The translations under genes were made by a program, and so were the position numbers. The notes below the pieces were generated by a model. That model saw only the letters and a list, made by a program, of their open reading frames with translations, ran no database searches and was not told the origin of the DNA. From Giardia intestinalis (taxonomy: Eukaryota), in NCBI GenBank assembly GCA_000002435.2, contig CM018793.1: a stretch of 64,000 nucleotides of DNA; one strand, 5' to 3'. Below, piece after piece: positions 19,501 to 27,667 of the stretch (position 1 is its first letter; each line of letters opens with the position of its first letter).

Positions 19501-19920
19501 GAGGAATGCGGACAACAGGAGGACATGGCCCTCAATATGTACCGGCACCTGCTCATCAAGTGCCCGTGCTGTTGTGCTTGTCCAGCGTGTGAAGCCATAA
19601 TAGAGATACCATGTCTGCCTGAGCACATGATTTACGAGTGCACGCACAAGGGCAAGCTGCAGTACTCGTTAGACTTATGTAAGAATTGCAGATGTATCAT
19701 AGAATCGAAGTACATGGCAAGTCACATGGTGACATGCAAAACTATACTGGGAGAGGAGGAAACGATATGTCCACTTTGCGGAGAGCTCCTTCCCAATAGC
19801 GAAGCTGCGCTCACCCATTATAGCGACGGAGAGGGATGCCCTGGCAATCCTCGAACTGCTGCTAATTTACGTACCGTGGTCTCGAACAAGGTGAACTCCA
19901 TTAGGCGCGGCCCGCAGTAA
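16588..19920 (+). CDS. CEP104: CEP104-like centriolar/ciliary tip protein
   Basis: The N-terminal jelly-roll region matches CEP104: 'GWRSLRRCSYPQSIAISL' vs human 'GWRSPRFCQFPQEIVLQM', and 'LRFILHQPLPHQNNNYNQVSIAAITVLGNP' vs 'LKLIFHQNHVNKYNIYNQVALVAINIIGDP'. The C-terminus carries a Cys/His zinc-finger array as in CEP104. ATG verified. AGTAAAC overlaps the TAA stop. Confidence 0.7.
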   Translation: MTHNQGAAGSELDFKVLFATSEEPGYKAERLLEHNVLGSGWRSLRRCSYPQSIAISLGQVYKIQAVQFTTHEFLVPSFVELLLYNPQQQAWETIGKVQMGKDGRPTAGRERKTVKIDIKTNALRFILHQPLPHQNNNYNQVSIAAITVLGNPAPTDIRPTTPQIGHPIVSRSKRGTTKPLSGPSQDNSRQSSNGSSYAGAAKAQAQMAPTPGVLPQILNPPDSGDSQASRGHSYLEKGEELRTEIMINKTKAAAAEDFLLADRYKIAYDALGSLLVDYASLDERKAAAIAAENYKGAHEIKTTMKEVENILQLPLEKLVRMLNGEPEPPSPKVAPPTSLNKGSKPKHQVSYQTLEPMGENADENEDDLTTNDIGGAPPDAASKQARANSRPRSRMKASGVSDTEDLSRAVPTISNKDIINENGERMLHNNNNGYQQFFLTEEEKRELEQERKENYMRRRGTNLAASMMTKTRTLTGNSTGAGGSEELGASTRMRQGVTKSQVTKSQLAKTGTMQQFSFDDELNNITSNRDKETAPPELPGSVMRGNNATKLKDAGFNEMYIRLAYSSNKGNVIDAINLMIRALVHDPVAFYPAGISLITIISESTNTALIGLIGNLFCHVYLAIMRKYRGAPNGGELVGTVTQTKNTVVDAGDMTLTFLDVTAQLTLQKENAVTYAELKCTSERTVEKAIGQNMSNLHNDVLLLLAPIIHKLSDSQRRTKINSINMLATASTFPFFPTFNFVNAIISRRSIEKASGLAQNELSFQNQKLIYLVETRSWATAILITGNQRLMTKDTIPVLRAYIEWIIPHATKQEQKKPATDILIAMYGSLLSDMIGITNAVECANKACTTEAILKTIYKAMVECDKKLSIKPPRVKLLPPSADAPAGKLVINMKPSLSSRPSSPDYKRDTAAGHEGYSAHSMDGIDNARAQQYQHQSGGNQQELTAVAETVADDDDPQYGDFPPGVCQFCLEECGQQEDMALNMYRHLLIKCPCCCACPACEAIIEIPCLPEHMIYECTHKGKLQYSLDLCKNCRCIIESKYMASHMVTCKTILGEEETICPLCGELLPNSEAALTHYSDGEGCPGNPRTAANLRTVVSNKVNSIRRGPQ

Positions 19921-21514
19921 ACAGATATGCTACTTCTAGCGTGTTGTCCGTCCGCACCATAACATTCATAGAGAGCTGCTTCTGGGTGTGAGATGAATAT
20001 TTTATTTTTAAAATCTCACCATCGTAAATCTGAGAGGCAGATTGTAAAGTATTTTGGACGTGTTCTGTTTCATCATTCGTTCCTGGCGTGGAACTATCAT
20101 CCGTCCACCCTGAAGGCGTATCATCTTCATAAAGTAGCACACCGTCCCCGTAAATCGCAGAGATGGTAGAGGAAAATTCTTTAGTAAGATACTCGATAAC
20201 AGCATCAACGGAAAGGGGAGGTACATCCTTCACTTTCAGAATGTAGTAAGGGACACTGCATACGACACAGGCTGGATTTGAGGGTCGCAGATCATCGTTT
20301 ATCAGCAATGTCCTTCTAGAGTTCTTAATGAAGTGCTGAAGAGAAATAGCTGTGCGGTGCTGCTTGGTTATGAGGGAAGAGAAGATCATGTGGGCGAGCT
20401 TCATTGCTAGAGCAGCTACTGCAGCATTGGTGAATGTTACAGCGGGGACGATTGATCCTGCCAGAGTACTGAGCTCAAACGGAGTAAGCGTCGTAGTGAT
20501 TCCGAACGAGTGCATCCGCAACACTGAAAGGCCTGCAACGAGAGCGACCAGGTGAGGATTGTCTCTGTCATACGTGGTAAGGGTATACGCCTTACATGCA
20601 ATGGATCTTGCAAGCGCTGTAGCGCTGATGAACACTTCCTTTAAAGCCTGCTCAACGGACATATGCTCATGTAAAGTATAGCTAACCGAGAGAGATGTCT
20701 GCTTTATGCAGGGCTGAATCGCTCCGTCTTCGTGCTCTGATGCAGCCAACAAATGAGTAACAGCTTGCCTTGCCTTATTTATGTCCTCCATGTCCAGCAC
20801 TGCAGAGGCGGATGGATTGTCTAAAAGGTGAGTTTTGAAGCTATAGTAGAGGAAGCGAGCTAACTCAGATAAGAGCTTGTCAATCGAGCCACTACAGTCA
20901 ATAGGTGTGTACTCAGTGAGTTCGGAAAACGGGTCAACGTCGTACATACGCTGCACAAGAAGAATGGAATAACTGACACAGTGCTCGGGCCGCGTCGGCT
21001 TATTCTTCATGGTACATATAGGAATGTCTATACGTGTGTCCCTATTATAACAGTTATAGCACTCTACTGTCGGGTCCTCGGACAGCCAGTACAAAGCAGG
21101 AGGGTAGCCAGTCACGGAACCAGACAGGCCAGATGTCCCAGCATCTACCAAAAGTTTATTGGCGAACCAGCACATCTCACCCACATATTGCCTGGGAGCG
21201 AAGGCGTCAAGACACGTTACGGTGACATCATATTGAGAGAAAAAGGACGGACCAAAGCGCTTTGGGTTGATAACCGTCTCACTATAAGAGTTAACCCTTA
21301 GTGATGGCGCCTTTGCCCTGAGATAGTCCGCAGTGACATGTGCCTTCTCGCGACCCACGTCGTCCCTACTGTAGAGAAACTGACGATTGATATTCGAAAG
21401 CTCAATGCTGTCCATGTCTATGACTGCTACAGAGGCATAGCGAGCGGGGGCCTGGACAACCAGCTTCGCAACCTCGCACCCAATCCCGCCGCACCCGACG
21501 ATGCACAGATTCAT
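19901..21514 (-). CDS. UBA2: SUMO-activating enzyme subunit 2 (UBA2/SAE2, ThiF/E1 family)
   Basis: 'IVGCGGIGCEV...IDMDSIELSNINRQFLY...DVGREKA' is the E1 adenylation motif. 'ECYNCYNRD...ICTMKNKPTRPEHCVSYS' matches the SAE2 zinc/catalytic-Cys region 'ECYECHPKP...GCTIRNTPSEPIHCIVWA'. 'PACVVCS' matches 'PNCYVCA'. ATG verified. Confidence 0.7.
   Translation of the reverse strand: MNLCIVGCGGIGCEVAKLVVQAPARYASVAVIDMDSIELSNINRQFLYSRDDVGREKAHVTADYLRAKAPSLRVNSYSETVINPKRFGPSFFSQYDVTVTCLDAFAPRQYVGEMCWFANKLLVDAGTSGLSGSVTGYPPALYWLSEDPTVECYNCYNRDTRIDIPICTMKNKPTRPEHCVSYSILLVQRMYDVDPFSELTEYTPIDCSGSIDKLLSELARFLYYSFKTHLLDNPSASAVLDMEDINKARQAVTHLLAASEHEDGAIQPCIKQTSLSVSYTLHEHMSVEQALKEVFISATALARSIACKAYTLTTYDRDNPHLVALVAGLSVLRMHSFGITTTLTPFELSTLAGSIVPAVTFTNAAVAALAMKLAHMIFSSLITKQHRTAISLQHFIKNSRRTLLINDDLRPSNPACVVCSVPYYILKVKDVPPLSVDAVIEYLTKEFSSTISAIYGDGVLLYEDDTPSGWTDDSSTPGTNDETEHVQNTLQSASQIYDGEILKIKYSSHTQKQLSMNVMVRTDNTLEVAYLFTAGRA
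19916..19922 (+). promoter_or_regulatory. poly(A) signal AGTAAAC (AGTRAAY) overlapping the TAA stop of the CEP104-like gene
   Basis: Exact AGTRAAY match with the stop codon embedded. It lies inside the last codons of the convergent UBA2 gene. Confidence 0.5.
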
Positions 21515-21539
21515 TTATCACATTTACACTCATACTTAA

Positions 21540-21941
21540 TCAGAGACTGTTGAGCTTCGAAAGGTGCTCTTCGCATTCGTTGGATGCAGGGTGTCCAGAC
21601 CAGACCAGCTCCCCATCCTTGTTGAAGAGGAAGGCAGCAGGGATGCCCTTGCAATTGTTCTTCTCCATAAGGCTGCGGACCTCCTTGTTCGTGTCACAGG
21701 CCACGTTGTACTCCTTCATGTGGGAGATGCGAGAAGCAAACCCCTCGACGGTCGCAACATCCTCCTCGGAGACGCTCACAAGGTATACGTTGGGGTACTT
21801 GGTCGGGATCTTTGCAAGGTGCGGGATCATGCCTCGGCAAGGCGGGCACCAGGTTGCAAAGGCCTCGACCATGTAAGACATTCCGGGCCTGTACTCCTGG
21901 ACCTTATTTACGTAGGTCAACGCATTGATATCAGGCAGCAT
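21540..21941 (-). CDS. thioredoxin
   Basis: 133 aa with the 'WCPPCRGM' (WCxPC) active site and thioredoxin-fold spacing. ATG verified and preceded by 'ttcttaaaa'. Confidence 0.7.
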   Translation of the reverse strand: MLPDINALTYVNKVQEYRPGMSYMVEAFATWCPPCRGMIPHLAKIPTKYPNVYLVSVSEEDVATVEGFASRISHMKEYNVACDTNKEVRSLMEKNNCKGIPAAFLFNKDGELVWSGHPASNECEEHLSKLNSL

Positions 21942-22062
21942 TTTTAAGAAAAAACCAGAAATGATTGGTCACAGGAGAAGGTCGAATTCAAATCTTATGA
22001 ATCCACAACGTTGGCATAGGAACCACCCTGTCCTGTTCTACCCTGCATGTCCTGCTAGAGGC

Positions 22063-23061
22063 CTAAGAATACCAAGACCCTGTTTGTGGAACCTCTGTCG
22101 TGTCAGCTGCACAGATGAGGCCCACAGTAGACGAGTTTAAAGGTTGTGGTGCCATAGAGTCTAGTCCAGAAAACAGTCTTGTGGTCCCTGATAGATATGT
22201 GGGAGGTGGGGTGATAGCATGGATCTCACCGTCAACGCCACTGGTACGTGGCCGTTGTGCTTGCAGACGAGAGTGACTAGCAGATTGACAACTGAGGGAG
22301 GCCTTTAATTTGTTCTGAAGGCGATATTTTTGTAATTTAGATTGAACGTGTTTCTGCGTGAGATCAGGGTAAAAAGGGCTCATAAAGCGGAGGATCCTAA
22401 CGGGTGTAGGGACCTCCCCGATGATGCTGTTGTATGCTCGCACAAAGAGGTCATTCATTTCTGGAGTCCAAACAATGCGGCTGGATGCCTTGCATGTCCT
22501 TTCGTTGCGCTTAGAGGAAACCTCAAGGCCTCTAAGAGGTACGTTGTTTAGCTTGGAATGACTCTTTTCAGAGACGCCGTTGATGGCCTTGCTTTTGCTG
22601 ATAGGTACGGGCGAGAGTATAGATGCAGATGCAATCGTGGTGTTGGGCTCTAGGTCGGAGGCGTAAGTATAGGTCGGAGAAGATGACGTCATAACACCTC
22701 CCTTGCCATAATACTGAGGATGTCTAGTATTCTCCTCAACTGCTCCCTCCGCATGAGCAGATTGATGGTCTTCCTCCGAGGCTCTCAACTCAGCTCTAAA
22801 CGGCATCAACTCCAAATATCTAAAGGAGACAGAAGGATTTATCCCTTTACTAGCTGGTTGTGAAGAGCGCTTGAGCGACTTGCAGACTGAGAGGAAGTTC
22901 TTCTGGAATACACTCCGTGAAATGAAAAAGCAGTCTTTCGGCAGCAGCTTTCTCAGCTCCTCAGAATAAAGACTAGTTGGCATGGGTGTGGTGTGCTCCA
23001 TTAACCCCGTGCTTTGGTCATCAATGGTTGCGTCAGACTCATCGATCAATCTTCTCTCCAT
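22063..23061 (-). CDS. GARP/SHAQKYF-class Myb-like DNA-binding protein (GLP1-like)
   Basis: 'RIVWTPEMNDLFVRAYNSIIGEVPTPVRILRFMSPFYPDLTQKHVQSKLQKYRLQ' matches the GARP consensus 'R.VWT.ELH..FV.AV..LG...AtPK.IL..M.V.GLT...V.SHLQKYRL'. Three in-frame ATGs (23142, 23097, 23061). I chose 23061 because it follows an AT-rich tract and avoids overlap with the upstream gene. The longest ORF runs to 23142. Confidence 0.5.
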   Translation of the reverse strand: MERRLIDESDATIDDQSTGLMEHTTPMPTSLYSEELRKLLPKDCFFISRSVFQKNFLSVCKSLKRSSQPASKGINPSVSFRYLELMPFRAELRASEEDHQSAHAEGAVEENTRHPQYYGKGGVMTSSSPTYTYASDLEPNTTIASASILSPVPISKSKAINGVSEKSHSKLNNVPLRGLEVSSKRNERTCKASSRIVWTPEMNDLFVRAYNSIIGEVPTPVRILRFMSPFYPDLTQKHVQSKLQKYRLQNKLKASLSCQSASHSRLQAQRPRTSGVDGEIHAITPPPTYLSGTTRLFSGLDSMAPQPLNSSTVGLICAADTTEVPQTGSWYS

Positions 23062-23093
23062 TTTTTTGAATTTACAACCCAATTTCAAAAAAA

Positions 23094-24683
23094 TCATTGG
23101 GGAAACACGGTCTTGAAAGATGATGCAGCTGCCTCGCTGCATTTAGGACAACATATGTCTATAGCCTTTAAGTCCTTCCAGCACTCATTGCAAAAGACAA
23201 GGCTGTTACATTTCGTGCACAAAATAGTCTTTTTTTTGCTCTGACAATGCAGACAATTGAACTTTTTTTTGAGATCAAAGTTCCCAGCATCAGCGAGCAG
23301 CATGTTGCGCAAGTTATCGTTAGTGCGTTTGCTAGACTTTAACATGGTACTAAGAGTCTCATATTTCTGAAGTACTGCTCCGTGGGACCCCGTGTGTGCT
23401 TTAAGCTGTTGAATACGCTGCTCAAGACCACCTGCAGCACGAACATCTTGTGTCTTTTCAATGGCTTTCAGTCTAGTATACGTCTCCATCACACCCCTCA
23501 TAACCCCATTAAGCTTTGCAAAGCATTCATGAATATTGTTACATTCTGCATTCTCAAGGAGACCATTATTTTGCAATAACTCCAGCAGCTTTTTACCCTC
23601 GGCCAGTGCGTCATCAAAGATCGCAAGTTTTGCGCTAATCTGCTCATACCCTTCATTAGCCTCGTCCTTCAGTGCCCTTATTTCCTTAGCTATCTCACTG
23701 TTCTTCTGTGACAGTTGATCTCTTTTGTCAATCAATCTTGCATTCTGCAGCTTCACCGATGCCAGTTTGTTGGCCCTTGCTATTAGTAAATTCTGCAGGT
23801 GGACATTTTCTTCTTGCAGCTTGTGTACTTTGCCCATGGCCATCTGATCTACCGAGTTACTGAGGGCAGCTAGAGAGCCGTACTCCAGGTTGTCAATCTC
23901 TCTAGCTCCGCTTGCTCTCACCATAAAGTCAAGCATTTGACCAGCTCTCCATCTTTCTTTATCATCTGCAAATAGAGACCTTTCAAAGATCTGCCTGAGG
24001 TCATCTGACTGAATACCTTGGAGGCTGGCCCTGTCGACTCCATGAGTTAGATCCCTAAACGTAGCCATTTGGTAGAGAATACAACATACCTGATTAACAA
24101 TATGTGCATCGATATCCTGGTTGTTGTACTCCCGTGGCGTGCTGTTTGCTATTTCGGGAATCAGCATCCACAAACCCGCAAGCGAAAACGATGTCAGCGC
24201 GCTGTCGCAGGTTATGGTGTCAAGTGATATGTCGGTGATATTGCAGATTGGCACGTCCGGCCCTGTGCCACGCTGCTTCTTGCGTGGGTGGTATACATAC
24301 ATTAATGCCGAAAGGATCTGTGCCCCACAGGTCAAGACGTTCCTGGGAGAAAAGGGCTTACCCTCAGCTGCATGCGCCTGAACGAGTGTGGATAGCTGCG
24401 TGCGTAAAGGGCCGTGCTCCACATAAATAGAATTGCTGGCAGTGGAGATAATACATCTGGACGGGCTCTCAATATATTGGTGGTGCATGTCTACTAGGAG
24501 GCTGAGATCATAGGCTATTTGAGCCGGCGTACGGCCAGTATTGGGGTTATAAACTAATGAAGTCACTTCTTTCTGCCCAGTGTCGTTGGTGTCGTGTAGT
24601 GCATCAACCTCTGACAGAGGGAAACTGTCGAAGGGAGCATTTGGGTTGAGACTCTCTACAAGCTTAACTCGCGGAAAAAGCAT
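23094..24683 (-). CDS. degenerate kinase-like N-domain + coiled coil + C-terminal Cys-rich zinc finger protein
   Basis: ATG verified. The N-terminal ~250 aa carry remnants of kinase C-lobe motifs ('LAGLWMLIPE' ~ APE region) without a Gly loop or HRD. Central heptad repeats. C-terminus 'CLHCQSKKKTILCTKCNSLVFCNECWKDLKAIDICCPKC' is RING/B-box-like. Confidence 0.35.
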   Translation of the reverse strand: MLFPRVKLVESLNPNAPFDSFPLSEVDALHDTNDTGQKEVTSLVYNPNTGRTPAQIAYDLSLLVDMHHQYIESPSRCIISTASNSIYVEHGPLRTQLSTLVQAHAAEGKPFSPRNVLTCGAQILSALMYVYHPRKKQRGTGPDVPICNITDISLDTITCDSALTSFSLAGLWMLIPEIANSTPREYNNQDIDAHIVNQVCCILYQMATFRDLTHGVDRASLQGIQSDDLRQIFERSLFADDKERWRAGQMLDFMVRASGAREIDNLEYGSLAALSNSVDQMAMGKVHKLQEENVHLQNLLIARANKLASVKLQNARLIDKRDQLSQKNSEIAKEIRALKDEANEGYEQISAKLAIFDDALAEGKKLLELLQNNGLLENAECNNIHECFAKLNGVMRGVMETYTRLKAIEKTQDVRAAGGLEQRIQQLKAHTGSHGAVLQKYETLSTMLKSSKRTNDNLRNMLLADAGNFDLKKKFNCLHCQSKKKTILCTKCNSLVFCNECWKDLKAIDICCPKCSEAAASSFKTVFPQ

Positions 24684-25069
24684 GCAGCCCCAGTAATGCC
24701 TCAGCGATTGAAAACTATGTTATTGTAGCGAAGACTTATACTGGGCTTGTTAAAAATTAAGTTATCTCAATTAATTTATCTCTAAGCCTTGACTACCACT
24801 TGAAAGCCTTTAGTTTTTTGGTTTTGAAGTAGTAATGATTTCATGCTAAGTTCTATTGACTAGAAGCATATGACTAGGAGCATATAGGACATGTAAGGAT
24901 GCACAAGGACAATCGTGCAGATTGGACGAGTTGCATACTACAGTTGAGAGAGATTGGGAAAGATTGGTTTTTTAACGTTTAAACGCTTGAGTCAATGAGC
25001 AAAGGAATAGATCCGCTAGTGTGATTTGGCGAATCGCTGTCCTTTGGCGACTCTGGTAATTCTGCAGAA

Positions 25070-25882
25070 ATGAAAAGTCTGTTACTGGGACTTCACGAGG
25101 ACTTGCATGCCTTGCGAGAGAAGTTAGAGCACCAGTGTACGGTCCTCTCCAGACAGTTTACAGCAGTTGAGCGGCTCACAAATCCCTGCATAACGCTTTC
25201 TAACGGCTCGCTAAAGTTTCTTCCACCACCCCACGGAGACCAGCTCAAGGCTGCCGAAGACACAGTCATTGCATACTTAGATCACAGGAGTGCAGAACAG
25301 AAGGATGCGACTGTTGAGAGCCAATCGCTTATCCCCGTAGACCCTAAGCTTCCTTCACTCGTCGACCTTATTCTGCAAACATGTAGCCAGTACTTGGACC
25401 AGAAGCCGGTCCATACCTTTGATTGGAGAGACAGCGCGTTGGCCCAGATAATGGAGGCAACCCTGGGCCCCATCATAGACTCCGGTAGTAGTGAGCCTGC
25501 CTGGCTTCAGGTATCAGACAGTGAGCTGGCGTCATTGGGAGCCAGCATAGCGTCACTACAGGCCTTTGAGCATCCTCTGATGCAGAGTGGAACCGGGAAT
25601 GAAGGCTTTCTGGCAGGCTTTTTGCGTGACATGGCCCTGAAGCAAGGCGGCTTCAAATCGTTCCGCTCCCGTCTTGTGCTAAATAAGGATGAGTGGCGAG
25701 ATCTAACAAAGTGCCTAAGTGCCGAGGTCGCAGAAACAGTACTAAGTTTATACAAAGTAATAGAGAAGGCCCTCAAAGCTGCTTTGGCGCTGGATTTACC
25801 ACTGCAAGAAAAGATGCGGCTGGTGCGGCTGGCTACTGACGCCATCTCTCTCTCGCTTCATCTAACGCGCGATAAGACCTAA
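25070..25882 (+). CDS. hypothetical protein
   Basis: 270-aa ORF, ATG verified. No recognisable motif. Confidence 0.35.
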   Translation: MKSLLLGLHEDLHALREKLEHQCTVLSRQFTAVERLTNPCITLSNGSLKFLPPPHGDQLKAAEDTVIAYLDHRSAEQKDATVESQSLIPVDPKLPSLVDLILQTCSQYLDQKPVHTFDWRDSALAQIMEATLGPIIDSGSSEPAWLQVSDSELASLGASIASLQAFEHPLMQSGTGNEGFLAGFLRDMALKQGGFKSFRSRLVLNKDEWRDLTKCLSAEVAETVLSLYKVIEKALKAALALDLPLQEKMRLVRLATDAISLSLHLTRDKT

Positions 25883-25909
25883 AGGTACACCATGGAACAT
25901 GACTTATAA

Positions 25910-25929
25910 TTAATCTCTATAGAGATTAA
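25910..25929. repeat. perfect 20-bp palindrome TTAATCTCTATAGAGATTAA in a 53-bp intergenic spacer
   Basis: ttaatctcta|tagagattaa is exactly self-complementary. It lies 28 bp after the upstream TAA stop and 6 bp before the downstream ATG (25936). Confidence 0.6.
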
Positions 25930-25935
25930 ATTGGC

Positions 25936-27627
25936 ATGAGGCGTTGTCTTCTGGACGATAGGGCACATCTGGTCCTTCTCCAGCCGAGCAATGTTTCGCC
26001 TGCACGTCGGCAGCCCGTTGTCACCGGAGTAAATCTTCGGCTGGAGGACTTTTCACCGCTTTTAGATACTGAAGAAGATGAGGCAGCACTTCTTGCGGCA
26101 CGCCGTCTGGCGAACTATTTGACAGAAGCACAAGACGAGTCATCCCTGGGTATCATTGGAATGGAGCCTGAGCTCCTCACCCTTGCCCTTGAGCGATTAG
26201 AGCAGTGCGTCCCTCATCAGGCCCATTCTGAATTAGAGCGTCCTGAGGGTGTGAGGTCCACTGCACCCTCGCACCAAATACTTAGTGCCCTTTTGTCCAT
26301 TTTCACTGCTATCTGCGCTAAGCCACATACTCTGGTTCTTGCTGGGATTGTCTCTGCTGACGATACAGTTGAGAGTTCACTAGAACGACGGCTTGGTGAT
26401 AGTAACTCTACTGTGAGAAGGCTTCTCCATGCTGCACAGTCTTTCGTTGAGCACTCCACTCTCAGACACTACGAGGCGGTCACGATGGCCCTCCGTCTGA
26501 TAGGTAACTTGACAACCCATGGCCTATGCGTCGCACGTCACTTGCTCGATAGTGGCATGCTTAGCTCCATCTGCGCGCTGCTGAGCACGGAGCTCTACAC
26601 CTGCTTCACATCGATTCGGGCAGAGGTCCAATGGGTCTTTACAGCAATGGCCTCCCACTTCCCCGGTGACCAAGGAGGCGACAAGCTTGTTATCCAACTA
26701 GATCATTGCGTCTCACCGGCGCTACCATCCGAGACTTACTTAGGAGTGGCTCTGCGCTCAGCCATAGACTACATTGCTAGTTCTTTCCAGTCAATAAACA
26801 CGTACAATGACAGTAAGCGTTATGACAGATGGTACCTCTCAATTCGCTGGCTTATGTACTCCTTTATGTGTCCCTGTCTCGTGAGCCGAGATTGCATTTC
26901 TAACGCCTCCGTTTTAGAGCTAGTAATAAGAAGCATCTCCGTCCCGACACCCGATATCTCTAGCATTGCTATGGTAGCTCTGAATCAGTATTCCATGAAT
27001 GTACCAAGGGACATCAAGAATAAAACTATGTTTACAAGCCAGGCAGTTGCATTGCTCCGTCATGGCTTCACCTCAATTGCCACTACTTACATTGATGCTA
27101 ATTTATATGGAAAGGTAGAACCCTGCTATGTTTCTATTCTCAAAGAGGCTCTAGTCTTTTTAAACAACGAAAACAGTGATATTGAAATACCTGGCTTCTG
27201 GGTGCAAACAGTCGCTAATCTATATGCAAGGTTGTTGCGCGCGCACAGGGTCCCATCCGCGGACACAACTGAAGTGCTTGAACTCTTAACAGAAGCACTA
27301 GGATCCACCGTTTCCATTTGCTCCAATGAAACGATGAACGTGTTATGCAGTAGCAACGCTCGAATCTTTTCCCAATTGATCAAGCTTCTCAAATCATATA
27401 AACCGTGTGTGCAAATGAGGAAAATGATGTGGAAAAACAGCTCAATTCTACTAAATGTGTCAGAATTACTAAGAACAATGATTGACTATGTTCCAGATAC
27501 GGAGTTAGAGCTCCATAGGCACGACCTCATGGAGACTATCAACGTGCTCTTGGAAGAGAACATAGATGCGCAGACCGCAGACATACTAGAAGAAGTACAA
27601 AAGCATCTGTTCCGCAAAGATGACTAG
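25936..27627 (+). CDS. hypothetical protein (helical/ARM-like composition)
   Basis: 563-aa ORF, ATG verified 6 bp after a 20-bp palindrome. Leu-rich helical composition. No motif. Confidence 0.4.
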   Translation: MRRCLLDDRAHLVLLQPSNVSPARRQPVVTGVNLRLEDFSPLLDTEEDEAALLAARRLANYLTEAQDESSLGIIGMEPELLTLALERLEQCVPHQAHSELERPEGVRSTAPSHQILSALLSIFTAICAKPHTLVLAGIVSADDTVESSLERRLGDSNSTVRRLLHAAQSFVEHSTLRHYEAVTMALRLIGNLTTHGLCVARHLLDSGMLSSICALLSTELYTCFTSIRAEVQWVFTAMASHFPGDQGGDKLVIQLDHCVSPALPSETYLGVALRSAIDYIASSFQSINTYNDSKRYDRWYLSIRWLMYSFMCPCLVSRDCISNASVLELVIRSISVPTPDISSIAMVALNQYSMNVPRDIKNKTMFTSQAVALLRHGFTSIATTYIDANLYGKVEPCYVSILKEALVFLNNENSDIEIPGFWVQTVANLYARLLRAHRVPSADTTEVLELLTEALGSTVSICSNETMNVLCSSNARIFSQLIKLLKSYKPCVQMRKMMWKNSSILLNVSELLRTMIDYVPDTELELHRHDLMETINVLLEENIDAQTADILEEVQKHLFRKDD

Positions 27628-27667
27628 GGCACGCCAGACGAGACGTGGCATACTTCCTCTCTGATTA

